The notes beneath the pieces were generated by a model. The model made no database searches. It had not been told where the DNA came from and worked only from the letters and a program-made list of their open reading frames with translations. The position numbers and the translations under genes are program-made. A DNA stretch of 64,000 nucleotides from Camelus dromedarius (lineage: Eukaryota): positions 26,908,001-26,972,000 of the forward strand of contig NC_087438.1 of assembly GCF_036321535.1 (NCBI RefSeq), read 5' to 3'. Every line of letters starts with the position of its first letter. The first letter of the stretch is position 1. Positions 41,626 through 54,310 of the stretch are shown here, piece by piece.

Positions 41626-42022
41626 GCCCAGAAAAAGAAAAATATCATATGATATCACTTATATGTGGAATCTAAATAAATGATACAAGTGAACTTATTT
41701 ACAAAACAGAGACTCACAGACATAGAAAACAAACTTAGTTACTAAAGGAGAAAGGGGGCAAAAGGATAAATTAGGAATATGGGTTTAATAGATACATACT
41801 ACTATATATAAGACAGATAAACAATAAGGACCTACTGTATAGCACAGGGAACTACATTCAATATCTTGCAATAACCTATAATGGAAAACAATCTGAAAAG
41901 AATATATATATATATACACACACACACACATATAACTGAATCACCTTGCTTTATAATAAAAAACTAACACAACATTGTAAACCAACTTGTAAATCAACTA
42001 TACTTCAATAAACAAACAAAAA
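41626..42022 (+). mobile_element. L1 3' end inserted at the L2 tail
   Basis: ATATCATATGATATCACTTATATGTGGAATCT...TATACTTCAATAAACAAACAAAA; flanked by GAATGAA on both sides. Confidence 0.92.
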
Positions 42023-43829
42023 AAAGAATGAAATTCAGTCATTTCTACCCCTATACACTCATGGTGAGTTCAGGCCCTCATCATCTCTACCTGAATAACC
42101 ATAATTACTTACAAGTTGCTTTTCCTGATTTCAATCTCCATCCCAGTTAATTCATCTCTCAGCTCTGATCCTACCATTTACCTCCCTAAAAGTCCCCCAC
42201 TCCCCAGTTCTGATATGAGCCTTCAGTAGGGCAGGTGCCAACCGAAAGCCGGGATTGTTGTACTGTGCATGTAACTGGTGTGGAGGCAGAAAACTGGTTG
42301 AGAAACACTAGCTATAAAATAAAATCCAGGATCCTCAGCCTGGCTTCAAGATGCCATGTGATTTGGTTTCTCTTCTAACCTCCAAACAGCCTTGGACCCT
42401 GCCATTCTAGACCTTCACTCTTTCACGCGAACCAGAACGCCCAGGGCTCTCCTGCATTGGTTTTTGCTAAGAAGACACATGATGGAGTCCTGAATTCCTT
42501 TCTTTCCCACAATCCTCATCCTTCACGATCCATCTGAAATGCTACCTCCCTGTGAAACCTTCTGTGACTCTGTGTCCTCCAGCATGTTATGAATCCCATC
42601 ACTCCTCCACTTAAGGTGCAAACTCCTAATTCAGTGACCGCATTTTATGTTTCCACCACTCCGCATTGTGTAACGGAGGGAGGTGTTGCTATCACTCTCC
42701 CTCACTAGGGTTTAGAATCCTTAATGAAGATGGAAGCTGCTTATCTTACTCATTTTGAACTTCATCCCTACCCACTCCCTCCTCTAGCCCCGAGCACCCA
42801 GCACAGTCCCTGACTGTCAGTATTTGCAGATCTGATTTGCACTTTTCTTAGTCAAAGTGGCCCTTCTCCTACAACCCAATTAGTGGGACTCACCATTCCT
42901 TCCATCTGTGGACATTAATTTCCAAAGTCTCTTGCTTTTTTCCTTCCCACAGTGGCTTTATGTCACCTTGACTCCCCAAATTCTTCGCATTTCCTTCTTC
43001 CAGAACTTTCCTTTGCTGGGAAAAAATATATATATATTCTCCCCTAATCCCTTTAAGAAATATTATCATTTGGCGTGCTCAAGATTTCTTTCATCTCATT
43101 CCCCTATATGCTTCAGACCTTACATCTGTTTCCTTTAAGAGACCAATCATTCCCCATATGCCCTGCTTTCATATTTTGAGTTGTTACCGCCTCTCCATTT
43201 CTGCTTCCCACCCCCAATGGAACATCTTCATCATCTCTCTTTTAAATCTTGCCTCTTTAAAAACTCTAATCCTCCATCCACTCTCATGCTGTCTCCCCAA
43301 CACAAGAATGAAAAACAGATTCCTCTTAACTGATTGAAAAAAATCTTGCTCAGATAAAGCCCAGGCGTCAGCATCTCAGTGTCCTCCACCAGAACTTAGT
43401 GTCATTGCTGCCTTTAATCACATTTATTTTATTGCATCCGTAAAGCAATAAAATATTTTAATCCACACACTATGCAAACAGTCAGCTGCAGCCAGCTATA
43501 ACTTAGGAAGAGAAAAACTCGTGCCCAAGCTATTTCAGGAAGTGGGTCTGGGTTGCAGAGGACGTCCTTCCTGTGCTTTTCTTTTCCTCTCACCTTCTTC
43601 CTGAGGGTCCTTCTGTTGGTTCAGCTTTTTCCAGTTTGCTTTTGCATCTTGTTTCCTCTCCATTTGGATTCTAACTGGGCTCTCCTCTCCCTTTCATTCT
43701 CTTTAAATAGCATCTGCCTTGCACACTTCAGTCTGCACTGACATGAATGATCTTCTCTTATCTACCTCTTCTCTGCACATTCGCTGTAGATTTTGTGTGG
43801 TCGGCTTCCTGCCACATGGCTGCAGAGGG

Positions 43830-44010
43830 AGTATAGCCTGGAGATCAGATGTCCTGGCTGGGGCATCAGGCCGCATCTGGCTGCTCTGCTCAGCCCCTTT
43901 CTAGTTGTGTAATCACAGGCAAGTTGTTTAACATCTCTGAGCTCCAATTTCCTCGCTGTAAAGCAGGGATAACAGGAGCACTTAGCTCAGGATGAAGATT
44001 AACATTAGTG
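43830..44010 (+). mobile_element. MIR
   Basis: AGGCAAGTTGTTTAACATCTCTGAGCTCCAATTTCCTCGCTGTAAA. Confidence 0.75.
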
Positions 44011-44116
44011 GTCATTATCACTGGCTTTTTGGCTCCAACTAGATTATGGAACATGGGTCTTTCTCCCACCATCTGCATAACCATATAGGTTCTCAGTCAC
44101 CACCTCTGCCATCATT

Positions 44117-44185
44117 ATTTTTTTATTGACATATAGTCAGTTTACAATGTTGTGTTAATTTCTGGTGTACAGCATAGTGATTCAG

Positions 44186-44235
<50 letters not shown>

Positions 44236-44312
44236 CTTTTCATAGTCTTTTTCATTATAGGCTATTACAAGATATTGAATTAGTTCTCTCTGCTATACAG
44301 TAGGACCTTGTT
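44117..44312 (-). mobile_element. L1 3'UTR fragment with expanded (TA)n (~44188-44232)
   Basis: GTTTACAATGTTGTGTTAATTTCTGGTGTACAGCATAGTGATTCAG...GCTATACAGTAGGACCTTGTT. Confidence 0.92.
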
Positions 44313-45249
44313 TAACCCGCTACAATTTACAGTTTTTAAAACAAGTGTGTGTATGTTTGGTAGGGGATGTCTCTGGCAAAAAAAAAAAAAAGAAAAAAGT
44401 AGGTTGTACCCCTCATCCCTGTCTTGAACCATTGATCCAAAGACTCGGGGTGTCTGGGAGGTTTCTGGATGTACCCATAAGCTTCAAAACCACCCAGGAT
44501 GCTTTCAGAATTTGTGCCTGCTTTGCTAAGATCCCCCCAAGAGTATAGTGGGCCATCTTAGTACCCTTGAGCAGCAGGAGTGGGGGTGGGGTAGAAAGAT
44601 CCAGAACTCTTCTCCCTCTGTGAGGTGTCACCAGTCCTCCAGGAATAAATGGAGCTCTAAGTTCCAGGGGAACCCCATTATCCATTAAAACTTTCAGAGC
44701 TGGGTCCAGAATAAGCACAAAACTGGGACAACAAGCACCCTCAGCCAATTTCCCAGGGACCAGGGCACCAGGTCTTCAATGCGGACAGGAAAAAGAATAA
44801 TTCAAAAGGCTGGATGATCTGGGCATAGTAACTGTGAGCCTCTAGGCAAGTCGATTGCCCTCTCTGGACCTTGGTTTCCTGATCTATAGACAAGAGGGTT
44901 GGATCTATAAGTCTTCGGAATTAGCTGACTGTCAAGACCTCTTCCACCATGAGCATTTATAATTCTACAAAGCAGCTCTGACTCAGCCAGGCCAGTTCAT
45001 GTGTCCTTATACACAGGTATCCAACACAACTTGAATTGTCCAGAACAACAACGACTTCAAATACTTTCTCTAATTCCTAAAGCACGTACACCAGTTTTAC
45101 TTATGAAAGTACTGTCAATTTGAGAGTGGCTCCTGCTTATCGACAATATCATTGGCTGATTTGCTTGCATGTGTTCAGTGCTTGATAGAATGTGTGGCCC
45201 ACTCCTACCCTCTTCCCCAGCAGCTGGCCAACCCAAAGCTCTCTGTTTA

Positions 45250-45450
45250 ACCAGCATTTGTCTGGCACTCACAGTATGCCAGGCACTGCTCTAAGACTAT
45301 GCAAATATCAATTCATTTAATGTCTATAACCAGATTAACTGGGAATTTTTATCCTTCCCATTTTATATATAGGAAACGGACCCAAAGAGAGGTCAAGTAA
45401 GTGGCCCAAGTCACACAGCCAGTGAGTGCCGAGCCCACTTTCACCCCACG
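45250..45450 (-). mobile_element. MIR
   Basis: TATGCCAGGCACTGCTCTAAG...CCCATTTTATATATAGGAAAC..GAGAGGTCAAGTAAGTGGCCCAAGTCACAC. Confidence 0.8.
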
Positions 45451-46599
45451 CGAAGCTGCTGCGGTCAGCTCCGGGCACACGGAGGGAGCGCTGGGTATTG
45501 CTGGACCCTCAGCTCTGACTCACGCGGTCTCTGTTCCTTTCCAGTTTTACTGTCTGCAATTTCCAAGGGCCGGTAGAGGGGAATCTAGCAGAACTTCCGG
45601 CTCCGACCTCTCAGTGAGTGTGATGCAGTGGAAGGTGCTCTGTTCTCACAATCAAAACACAGGGGTCACGTCCCCACTCTCTTACTGGTTCTGCGACTTT
45701 AGATACCCATCACCTGCCTCCACTAGCTCATGTTAAAATGTGGCTATTAGTACTTGCTCAGCAGCAGAGGGGAAATCAACTGACACTACACATGGGGAAG
45801 TAGGAAAGTTACAAAGTGAAATATAAATTAAGGGGTAATTGTCAGCATCTGCTACCTTACAAGTGCCAGTCATTATTACACATCATAGATGAGAAGCAAC
45901 ACAAAACTTAGGAGAGCCTACTGACGCAGGAACACGTCTAGCAGAGAGTGGTAGCCCTAGCTAGGTTTGCAATGGAGGAAACTCAAATCATGATTTCCCT
46001 AAGCCTTCATACTTTTTAAATGAGCTGCTATAAACCAGGCACATTTTCCTCAAAAAGGCTCAGACGCAGGTGATCTGGAACCCACGTGTGTGTCCTGCGG
46101 AGCTGGGTAATGAGTTGGGCCAAACCACAGGCCTGGGCTCCGGGGTTGGGCGGTGAAGGGAGTGGCCCAGGGTACTTAGGAGGGAGGTCTGTGTCTACAG
46201 AGAGCAGCACTTCCCTCAACGTGTCCTGTGAGCTTGGTGACAAGGACCAAAATTGGTGCCAACCAGAGCCAAGAGTTAGCTAAATCTAAATAAGAGACTT
46301 AAAATACCTACCTTTCTGATCCCTAAAAATAGAAACTTGAAATCAGCAAGCTCTGATTCCATCCTGAGTCTGAGGCGGGTCCAGCTGGTCCCGACTGATG
46401 ACAATGGCAAACTCGCCAGGCACAGTGGGCCCTCGTAGAGTGCCCTGGCTTTGTGTGGCTCTCAGCTCAAGCCCTGCTCAAACTCAATTGACTTGAAGGA
46501 ATTCGTGAGCCTCTGAATGTCAGCAGTGTCCCCTTTTCAATGAAAAAAAAAATTTTTTTTTTAAATAATCAAATAAACAGGTCCTGCTGGCTTAGAGGA

Positions 46600-47200
46600 A
46601 TCTCTGTAAGCTTCCAGGAACCAACATTCCCACCTCCAGCTCATTTTCAGCGGGGAAGCAGAGCCTGCGGGCAGAGTGGTGACTTGTTAGACACCATCTG
46701 CTCTGTGTACAGTCAGGGGAGTGGGACCACTGGGGCAGCCAGGGCTACTGAGAAACTGCTGTGCCAATGCAGGGGGGTCGGGGGATGGACACTGCTATGC
46801 ATACATTCAAGAAAGAGAAAGTGTGGGCTTGAGGTGAGCAATGCAGAATCAGCACCATTAAGTCTCCAAATATTTTTACAGGGGGGTTGAAAGCGAAAAA
46901 ATTTACCAAAAACCCCACAAGCCCAAACAAAGCCTCAGTGTGTTCCCGTTTACAGCCAGCCTGATAATCACACCCTTCGTGTCTTCTACTGTCAGGCTGC
47001 AGCTCAGGCTCAGCGAGTGGAAGGCACTTCCTGTAAACAAAGGCTAGCAGAGATCGCCTTGCCTTCCTCCTGCTCCCTGGCCTCCCCCTCCGCCCCCCTC
47101 TGCAGAACCAGCAGGTCAAACAACGGCTTAACCTTTTGCGTTAATTAAAATTTTGGCTCCCTCTTGCAAACTCAGAGCCAGAGATAAAGGAGAAATAAAT
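46600..47200. promoter_or_regulatory. Candidate enhancer (STAT, ETS:FOX, GATA, homeodomain motifs)
   Basis: TTCCAGGAA 46612, TGATAA 46962, ACTTCCTG/GTAAACAA 47026-47040, TTAATTAA 47141, AGATAA 47182; non-repetitive; motif-level evidence only. Confidence 0.4.
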
Positions 47201-49457
47201 TGGTCCTTGGAACTCATGAAGGAAGCCTGCGTACAGGCTGTGGACTGCTCTGTGTCCTACCCACCCCCCAAACTGGAGCTGTGCAAACTGGGACTGGGCT
47301 GATCACCCCTCCGAGGCTGCGAGTCTCCACTCTGGCTCTCGAGAGAACACATCACTCTGCCTATCTCAGCCCCAGGCAAGGGCTGCAGTTTTTGGAAAAC
47401 AGTTTTCAGCAAGATGGTAGAAACTCACAATTCTAATCTGTAGCCAACCTGTGGGAGGGGAAGTGCATGCCCATTCCAGACCTTGCTTCCCTCCTAGCCT
47501 TTGCTCCCCCAGAGGGAACCCTCTCACTCCACTCTCCTTTCTGTTTATTTTCTGTACCTTTCTCCTACCCACCCCACAAAGCTTAGCTCAGCTTCCCCAT
47601 CTTCACCCACTTTCTCACCATCCCTCTGAGCCTCTTGTGTTCTCACTTCTGAACTTAGAGCTCTGGCTTATGACTCTTGTTTGAGCCTTAAAGATCACTT
47701 CTCAGCTTCTCTGCTGTCTGCTCTGTTATTTACATCCCCCTGTGTTCATCATGCTTTGCCCCCTTCCTCTCCAACAACAAGTGTATAAGGTCCACGACGG
47801 CAGCTACACAACTGAATGTCTGATTCATATTTCTGCCACACCCTATAACGTATCATTTTTTTTAAGTTGAATACCTCTTCTATCAAAGGTCCGCTAACCA
47901 CTGTCTCTCCCTTTCTCAAGGGCAAGCTTGAGTTCTGTTGCATCCATGTGTTTCCCTGCCATGATCCAACCAGCACCCATCTCTCACTGTCCTGCCTGCC
48001 TTATTGTTTGTGTCTTTGATGCATCCTCTCTCAGAGGTTCCAGCAGGTGTAAGGGGCCTACTAGGGCTTTTTCCTGTCTTTCCGGTAACCCGCGGGCTCC
48101 ATGGGAGCTGGTCATCCAGCTGCTGCTTGACACCTTGTAACTCCATGAAGGATGGAATTTTGTTGTGATAATTGCTTTCTGTTTTCTGTGCGTATATATA
48201 AATTTCATTTTGTTTGGAAGACTGCACGGCAGTGGCCATCAGTCTGCAGTGTGTATAAGTATCACGTTAAAAGAGAAAGTCCAAAGAGAGCCATTCAGAG
48301 ATTTTAAGAGATCACTGGTCTAGAGTCAGGCCTGGATTTTGAGAAAGTCATTCTCAAGCTACTCTTTGTAGACCATATCTTAAATTGCTTCCATGTGGTC
48401 CACGGTGTCAGGCAGAGCTGAGATTGGCGAAGGTGGCTGATGCACAGGGTTAACAGCTGATTGATGTAAGTGAGGTGGGATTCCCAACTAAGCTGGTCTT
48501 CTGAGCCAGCCTATCGTCCACAGCAGGGTTAAATAGTTTCACCTGCCCACCCCCACCCCATCCCCCACCGCAAAACACATCAGGAAAATCCCTCAAATTC
48601 CAAGCTAATTGACAGAGATTCCAGGGATAGTTAGCAAATACTTCTCCCTTCTCTACTGACAATGAGCAAGAACAATAGTTGGCTCTCGGCCTACCCAGCA
48701 AATATCATCCCATCAGGGTCCTCTGCAACGTTCAGTCTCTTATGACAATGTCCCTGAGAATAGAATTTCCCTAAAATAAAATTCTAAGCCTAAGAGAGAA
48801 CATTTTATGATACCTGGAAGCAGACCATTCAGATGTTTTGAGTTAATCTGGCGTGACTGAAAGAATTTTCACATTTGCAAAAATATCAAGGTTCATTTTT
48901 GGCCTCCAAGGAGCTGAAATATAGCTCTGTTTTCAAATTCTAATGAATTTGGCATGAACACTACTTCTCAAAATCAGTGTGATTTTTGGAAGACAAAGAA
49001 AAAAGCGAAGTGTGAACTAATGTAATGATAGATTTCAGAATCACAGAATGCTGGAACTGGATCAGTGCTAGCCAATACCCAATCCAGACCCAATCTTTAA
49101 CGTAGAGGAAACCAGCCTTTGTCTTCTATCCCTAAGTAACAAACAGCAATAAAACCAGAGTTCTGAAGGCTACTTTATCCCAGGTAGAGGGGTGTCAGCA
49201 AAATACAAATGAAGATAACTGAAAATACTTTCAGTGGGGCAAGATGTTCTGTGAATGAAAGTGTTGACTGAGGCCCTGACTGAGCAGGAAGGACAACAGA
49301 GCAGGAGACAGCAAACATGGGTTCAGTGTCCTCTCTGGGCTGCGTAGAAACCTCAAGACCCTGAACAAGTCATGACTGAGCTTCAGTGTCTTCATCTGTA
49401 AAATCAGGGTGGTAACAGGGTTCTTTTATTGACGAAGTGAAGCAAAGTGTGTGGAAG

Positions 49458-50010
49458 TGTTAGGCAGTTAGATAGAAATGAGCACTGGGCAAGGGGAAGA
49501 AGAGAGGGGAGGGAGCAATCCAGAAAATAACAGTACACCTGAGCTCAGCATAAGGGGCTTCAGAGTTTTGCTTTCTCTGAATGAGTGCCAACAAAGAGGC
49601 CGGTTACAATCAGATGCTGTGGCTGCTCAGTAGAGAGAGCGACCCAACTAAACATAACTCAGTGCTCGTTGTGATGTAACTAGCATTGCTGTTGGGCCCC
49701 CTCCGTAGGTTTTCTGTGTGCATCACGGGTAAGAGCATGCTCAAAGGAGATGAACATGCCTAAGCGCCCTAGGGATGTGAGCTGTCAATCAATCATGAGA
49801 CCACTCCTAAGCCAGGCTATATAAGACGGGAGAAACTGGAGTGCCACTCCTCTCTCGGGTTGGCTCACCTTCAATTCTCGAAGCTGTACTTTACTAACTT
49901 TTGCTCTACTAATACAACCCTTTGCTTACATAATGCTCTCAGTCTCCCATTGGAATTCCTTCTTTTGGGTAAGACAAGAACTGGGGTCTTCTCCCCTCCT
50001 TGCAGTAACA
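49458..50010 (+). mobile_element. Relatively young ERV solo LTR inserted into a MIR (~49330-49457 plus tail after 50010)
   Basis: TGTTA...TAACA terminal inverted repeat; near-TSD GAAG/AAAG; TATATAA at 49818; AATACA at 49911; many CpGs retained. Confidence 0.85.
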
Positions 50011-51379
50011 AAAGTACATTACAAACTCTCAAATTCTGTTTTCTCAGCGATACAACAACACACGTGGAGCTGAATCCAGACAGTCTGCTTAGAGTTAAGT
50101 CTCCGTGTCCTCTTACTTCAACTCCTTTTGCCTAGCCACCAAAGTCTAAGTCCATTCTTCCATCCTGGTTCTTGTGACCTTTTTGCCTTCTCAGATCTTA
50201 CCCTGCCCAAAAAAGAGCACCCTTGGCCCAGTGATGACCGTTTCCAGTCTGGATCCTGTAGAGCAGAAATGCAAACTGATTTCTGCCATTTCTGTCTCCC
50301 AGGACCTACACAGTTCCCCGACCCACAGCAGTTCCTCAGTGTTTATCAAATTGTACCGAAGGAAACAGAATAGAAAGGAGGAATGGGCGTCCGTGAAAGC
50401 GAATTCAAGCCCATTCCTCCCCAAACTCTGGTCTCCCTTCAAGGGAGACCTGACAGAAGATTTTATCTAATGAGATACAGATTTTTAAAAAGGTGAGTTC
50501 TACTTCTTGCCAGAAAGTGAGAAAGAATTTTTGTTTTTTAACTGCACTTTTCCCAGGTCTACTGTCCACTTTTCCCAGTAGAAAATGATCCTCTTTCTTC
50601 CAGGAGGAAGTGTATAGGTTTTCTATGTGGGAGGATGGTGCTGATTTGCCACAAGATTTTATTTGCAAACTCTCATTATGGGCAAAATTATTATTATTTC
50701 TCTTTGGTGGCTCTGAGGTTTTTCTAAGAACCATAATGAGGAGACTCCTAGAAAAGGAAGACAGTAACTCAAGTAAGCTGTTTTCTGGTTTGCTTTTATG
50801 GTTCAGTCTAGAAACTGTGGCTCTTGCCACATTCCTGTCTGTGGGTCCAGTTGACTCTCCTCAAAAGGAGGTCCGCACTTAAACAGCACCTCGATACAAA
50901 CATAGCTCAGCAAAACCTCCAACAGGAGGCACAGGACACTGATTATGTCTGACTCAAAGACATTACAAAATGTATAGATGCCACAAAGGTCTATCAACTC
51001 TGGGGTTAGACTGTGTTAATCACAGCAAGGGTCAGATAGAAGGGGGTGGTCTCTTTGAAGATCTCAAGTCTGGCCTGTGGGGTGAACTCCTCCATCTTTT
51101 AGAATGCATAGAATGTTCTGGAATGTTGTGGGATGCCCTCCATACTGCCAGTCCTCCTGGCTTCCTTGGGATGAATCTTCCTTCTGTCCCAAAGGAGCAG
51201 CCTCAACACTTTCACCTAACCGCTCACCTTCTCCACCCGCAAGAGAACGAGGCCCCATTAGAAACAGAAGACTGAGCCACAATCTGAAAACACATTAGCA
51301 AACATCTTAACTCTATCCAAGAGTCAATCAATCAGAAGCCACTAGAAGAGAGGAGAGTGGCACCTGAAGAAGATAGTTG

Positions 51380-51900
51380 TGGCTGTTCTGTGTAATGACT
51401 GGAGCCATTACACGTCTTAATAGCATCACATATTTGCAATGCACAAGACTCTTCACAAGCATGATCTCATCGATGGTGGCACCCTGTGGGAGTGCTGCTC
51501 TCATTTCAGAGATGAGGAAACTGCAGCTCAGAGGGTTTCAGATTCAGTGCTCCTCACCCCACCTGCAGTCCCCAGTCCTCCCACCATTATGGTACAGCCA
51601 GCAGGTGATAAACGCAATCAGGCCAGCTGATTGGCCATCTCTCACCAACACTATGAAGGCAGGAAACAAACCCTGAGTGTCAGGCAGGAGCTGGATATTT
51701 CCTCCACATTTTCCCACTGAATTCCCCCAACTCAGACTTTCCGGGTTCAAATCCCAGCTCCAACACTTGTTAGAAGTGGGGCCTTTTAGACGAGCTGTAT
51801 GCTCAGTCTGTGCCTTGGTCTCCTCACACGTAAAATGGAGATAATGATATGCTCTCCTTATCGTGTTATTGTGAAGTTTAAATGAGGCAAAACACAGTGC
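51380..51900. mobile_element. Two MIR fragments
   Basis: ATTTCAGAGATGAGGAAACTGCAGCTCAGAG (minus) and GGGTTCAAATCCCAGCTCC...GTAAAATGGAGATAATG (plus). Confidence 0.8.
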
Positions 51901-52082
51901 TCTGTGCTTAAAACTCCCTGCATATCACCTGTTACTACCATTTTGTTACTTCTCTTATATATGAAGGAAGAACGCACATAAAGATTAAGTGGGGATGTTG
52001 CTTTTTTTTACTGCCTTCTGCTACCTTTACTTCCTTACTCTCTGCTCTTTTTCCTCCTTGGCAAGCAGCCTATTGCCCCTCC

Positions 52083-52240
52083 AAGTGTTTCTGATGCTGG
52101 GCTCGCTGCATCAGAATGATCTGAGACCCTCCCCATAAGGATGCAACGAGAATTTCTGGAGCCGAGGCCCTGGAATCTGCATTTTCACAAGCAGCCCAGG
52201 GGACTCTTCTGCACCCTGACAGAGGTCAAGAGCCGCTGAA
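52083..52240. mobile_element. MER5A-like hAT-Charlie MITE
   Basis: CTGCATCAGAATGATCTG, GGCCCTGGAATCTGCATTTTCACAAGCAGCCCAGGGGACTCTT. Confidence 0.75.
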
Positions 52241-53300
52241 ACAGAGGACCACTGCAGCAGCTCTCACTGCCCAGCCCTTCCTACCTCCCCCTTCAACCAG
52301 AAAGTGCTCCAAAGCCATGTTGCTGCATACCTTCCCTGCCCTGCACATCCCCTATCTGCTCTTTCATGATTGGCAGTGATTAGCCATACAAGGCTGATGC
52401 CAGCTCACTCTGTAGTGACTGGTCATTCCAATCCACTTTGAATAATGACTCATTGAAGTCATGCCTCATTTTGCCTCGGAGTCAGGCAGGCAGGCTCATC
52501 AGCACGGGTAGCAGGGAGAGAACAGGGAGGAGAGGGAGGGATCGAGCTACATCCATTCTTTGCCCAAGACCCACCATGCACAAGAAGCAACAACTACCCA
52601 CCTAGAAAATCTCAAACTGTACTGGGGTCAAGACTACAAAAATGAGATAACAGAGTGGAGCAACCAAGCACAAAAGAGGAGAAACTCAAGATCAGTATTT
52701 GTATTAGGGTTTTATCTTATCTCACAAGTGCAGCAGATCGTCTCCAGAGAGGAGGCTGGGTGTCATTGACCATTTGCTTTCATTTATTCCAGCTTGGCCG
52801 ATAATAGTCAACAGCCGCCACCCCCAATCTATGAGTTCACCAAGAAGCTTTTACCAGATGCTCCTCTGAGGCTGCTAAGGCTGAACCTCGGAGTGTTGCC
52901 CCAAGGCAAACAACATTTCTGGTTTTCTTATCATGATGAATTTTTTTTGACTGAATTTCTTCTTAAACTGGAATTAGTCTCTGATTATATAAACAGCTGA
53001 AGCTATCCTAATCCTGGGAGGATATCAAAGATCGGTACTTGAGTCGGGAAAACACTTGAGGGAGTGGGGAAGAATGGAAGGAAAACAAGCATTAATTATT
53101 AAACACTTACAAGATTTTAAAACTCACACACCATTTGGCACTTTTCCTCTCCAAGTGCTCTGTTTCTATTAAAGGCAAGGAAAGGCGGGCTTCTCACTAC
53201 AGCAAATTTACCTAATTATGTTTTCTTTTTCCTAAGTGGGAAGGGTTTCCATGGATGGGTTTAAAACCACCCGTCCTACGGGCAGCCACCTTTGCTCCAA

Positions 53301-53414
53301 ATGGAAATACAGTTGCCCTATCTGCCTTGATTTGATGCAAACTCTTTATTTTACAAACCAGACTTGGAACCACTTAAAAGGCAATATGCAAATACATGTG
53401 AATAACATGCAAAT
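53301..53414 (+). promoter_or_regulatory. Octamer (POU) motif cluster
   Basis: ATGCAAAT at 53386 and 53407; one-mismatch ATGGAAAT at 53301 and ATGCAAAC at 53335. Confidence 0.4.
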
Positions 53415-53849
53415 CAGCTCTATAGCCCAGAATCCTGGGCATGTTTTTATAACAGGGCAGACACACTGTCATCAGCTTTATTTTGCTTGCTGGAGCTTGG
53501 GGCAGGGAAGCGGTTCAGGGTCTGGGTGTGGAAGAAGAGGTGTGGTGATAAAAACAAAGAAGTTCCTGATGCCTCACCCTCCCTAAGAGAGTAGGCCTGA
53601 GTTTACCCACCATATTTTCCATATACTTGAGTTTCTGGAGCAGGTTTGATGTTACTATTACAATTTATTGTCATCCAATAGTTCAGATAATGGTTGTTGG
53701 TGTTTGGGGCTTGGAAATTCAGCCACTGCGAATATATATGCTGTCTTCCTAGCCCTCAGATCCCAGGTGGGGACAGTCCAGGTGAGTCATGCCCCACAAT
53801 TCCTCTTAGACCGTAAGGAGTCACCCAATATCAGAGGCCAAGTCATCTT

Positions 53850-54310
53850 CAGATACCATTTAGTTCAACTCCCTCATTTTACAGATGGGCAAACTGAGGC
53901 CCAGTGGTCCAGTGTCACTGAGCTGGTGGTTACACAGAGGTCAGAATTTGGACCAGGAGCTGCCATGTTGCTTTTTAAGAGTTTTTAAAGAGTAGAAAAT
54001 ATGAACACATTTTCTGCAATCTTCATTATCTTAAAAAGGAGAGAGACAAATGGACAAGGGTAAAGAAGAAAGCTACGTCTAATAGTGGGGCCAGGGGCCA
54101 GAGTGGTTTGAGCTTGAACTCTGAGATGGGACACAAAATGGACCAGTCACTTGGTTGATGTGTGGACTTGGAACGTGACCTAACTTTGCTGAGCCTGAGC
54201 CCTCATCTTTAAAACAATGATAATAGTGCCTACTTCCCGGGGTTGTGTAAGGATTAAAGGAGATAATGCACAGATTCTGGCACACATGAAATGCTTATTA
54301 AATGTTGGCT
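53850..54310. mobile_element. Two MIR fragments
   Basis: CATTTTACAGATGGGCAAACTGAGGCCCAG (minus) and CTGAGCCCTCATCTTTAAAAC...GGATTAAAGGAGATAATGCA (plus). Confidence 0.85.
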
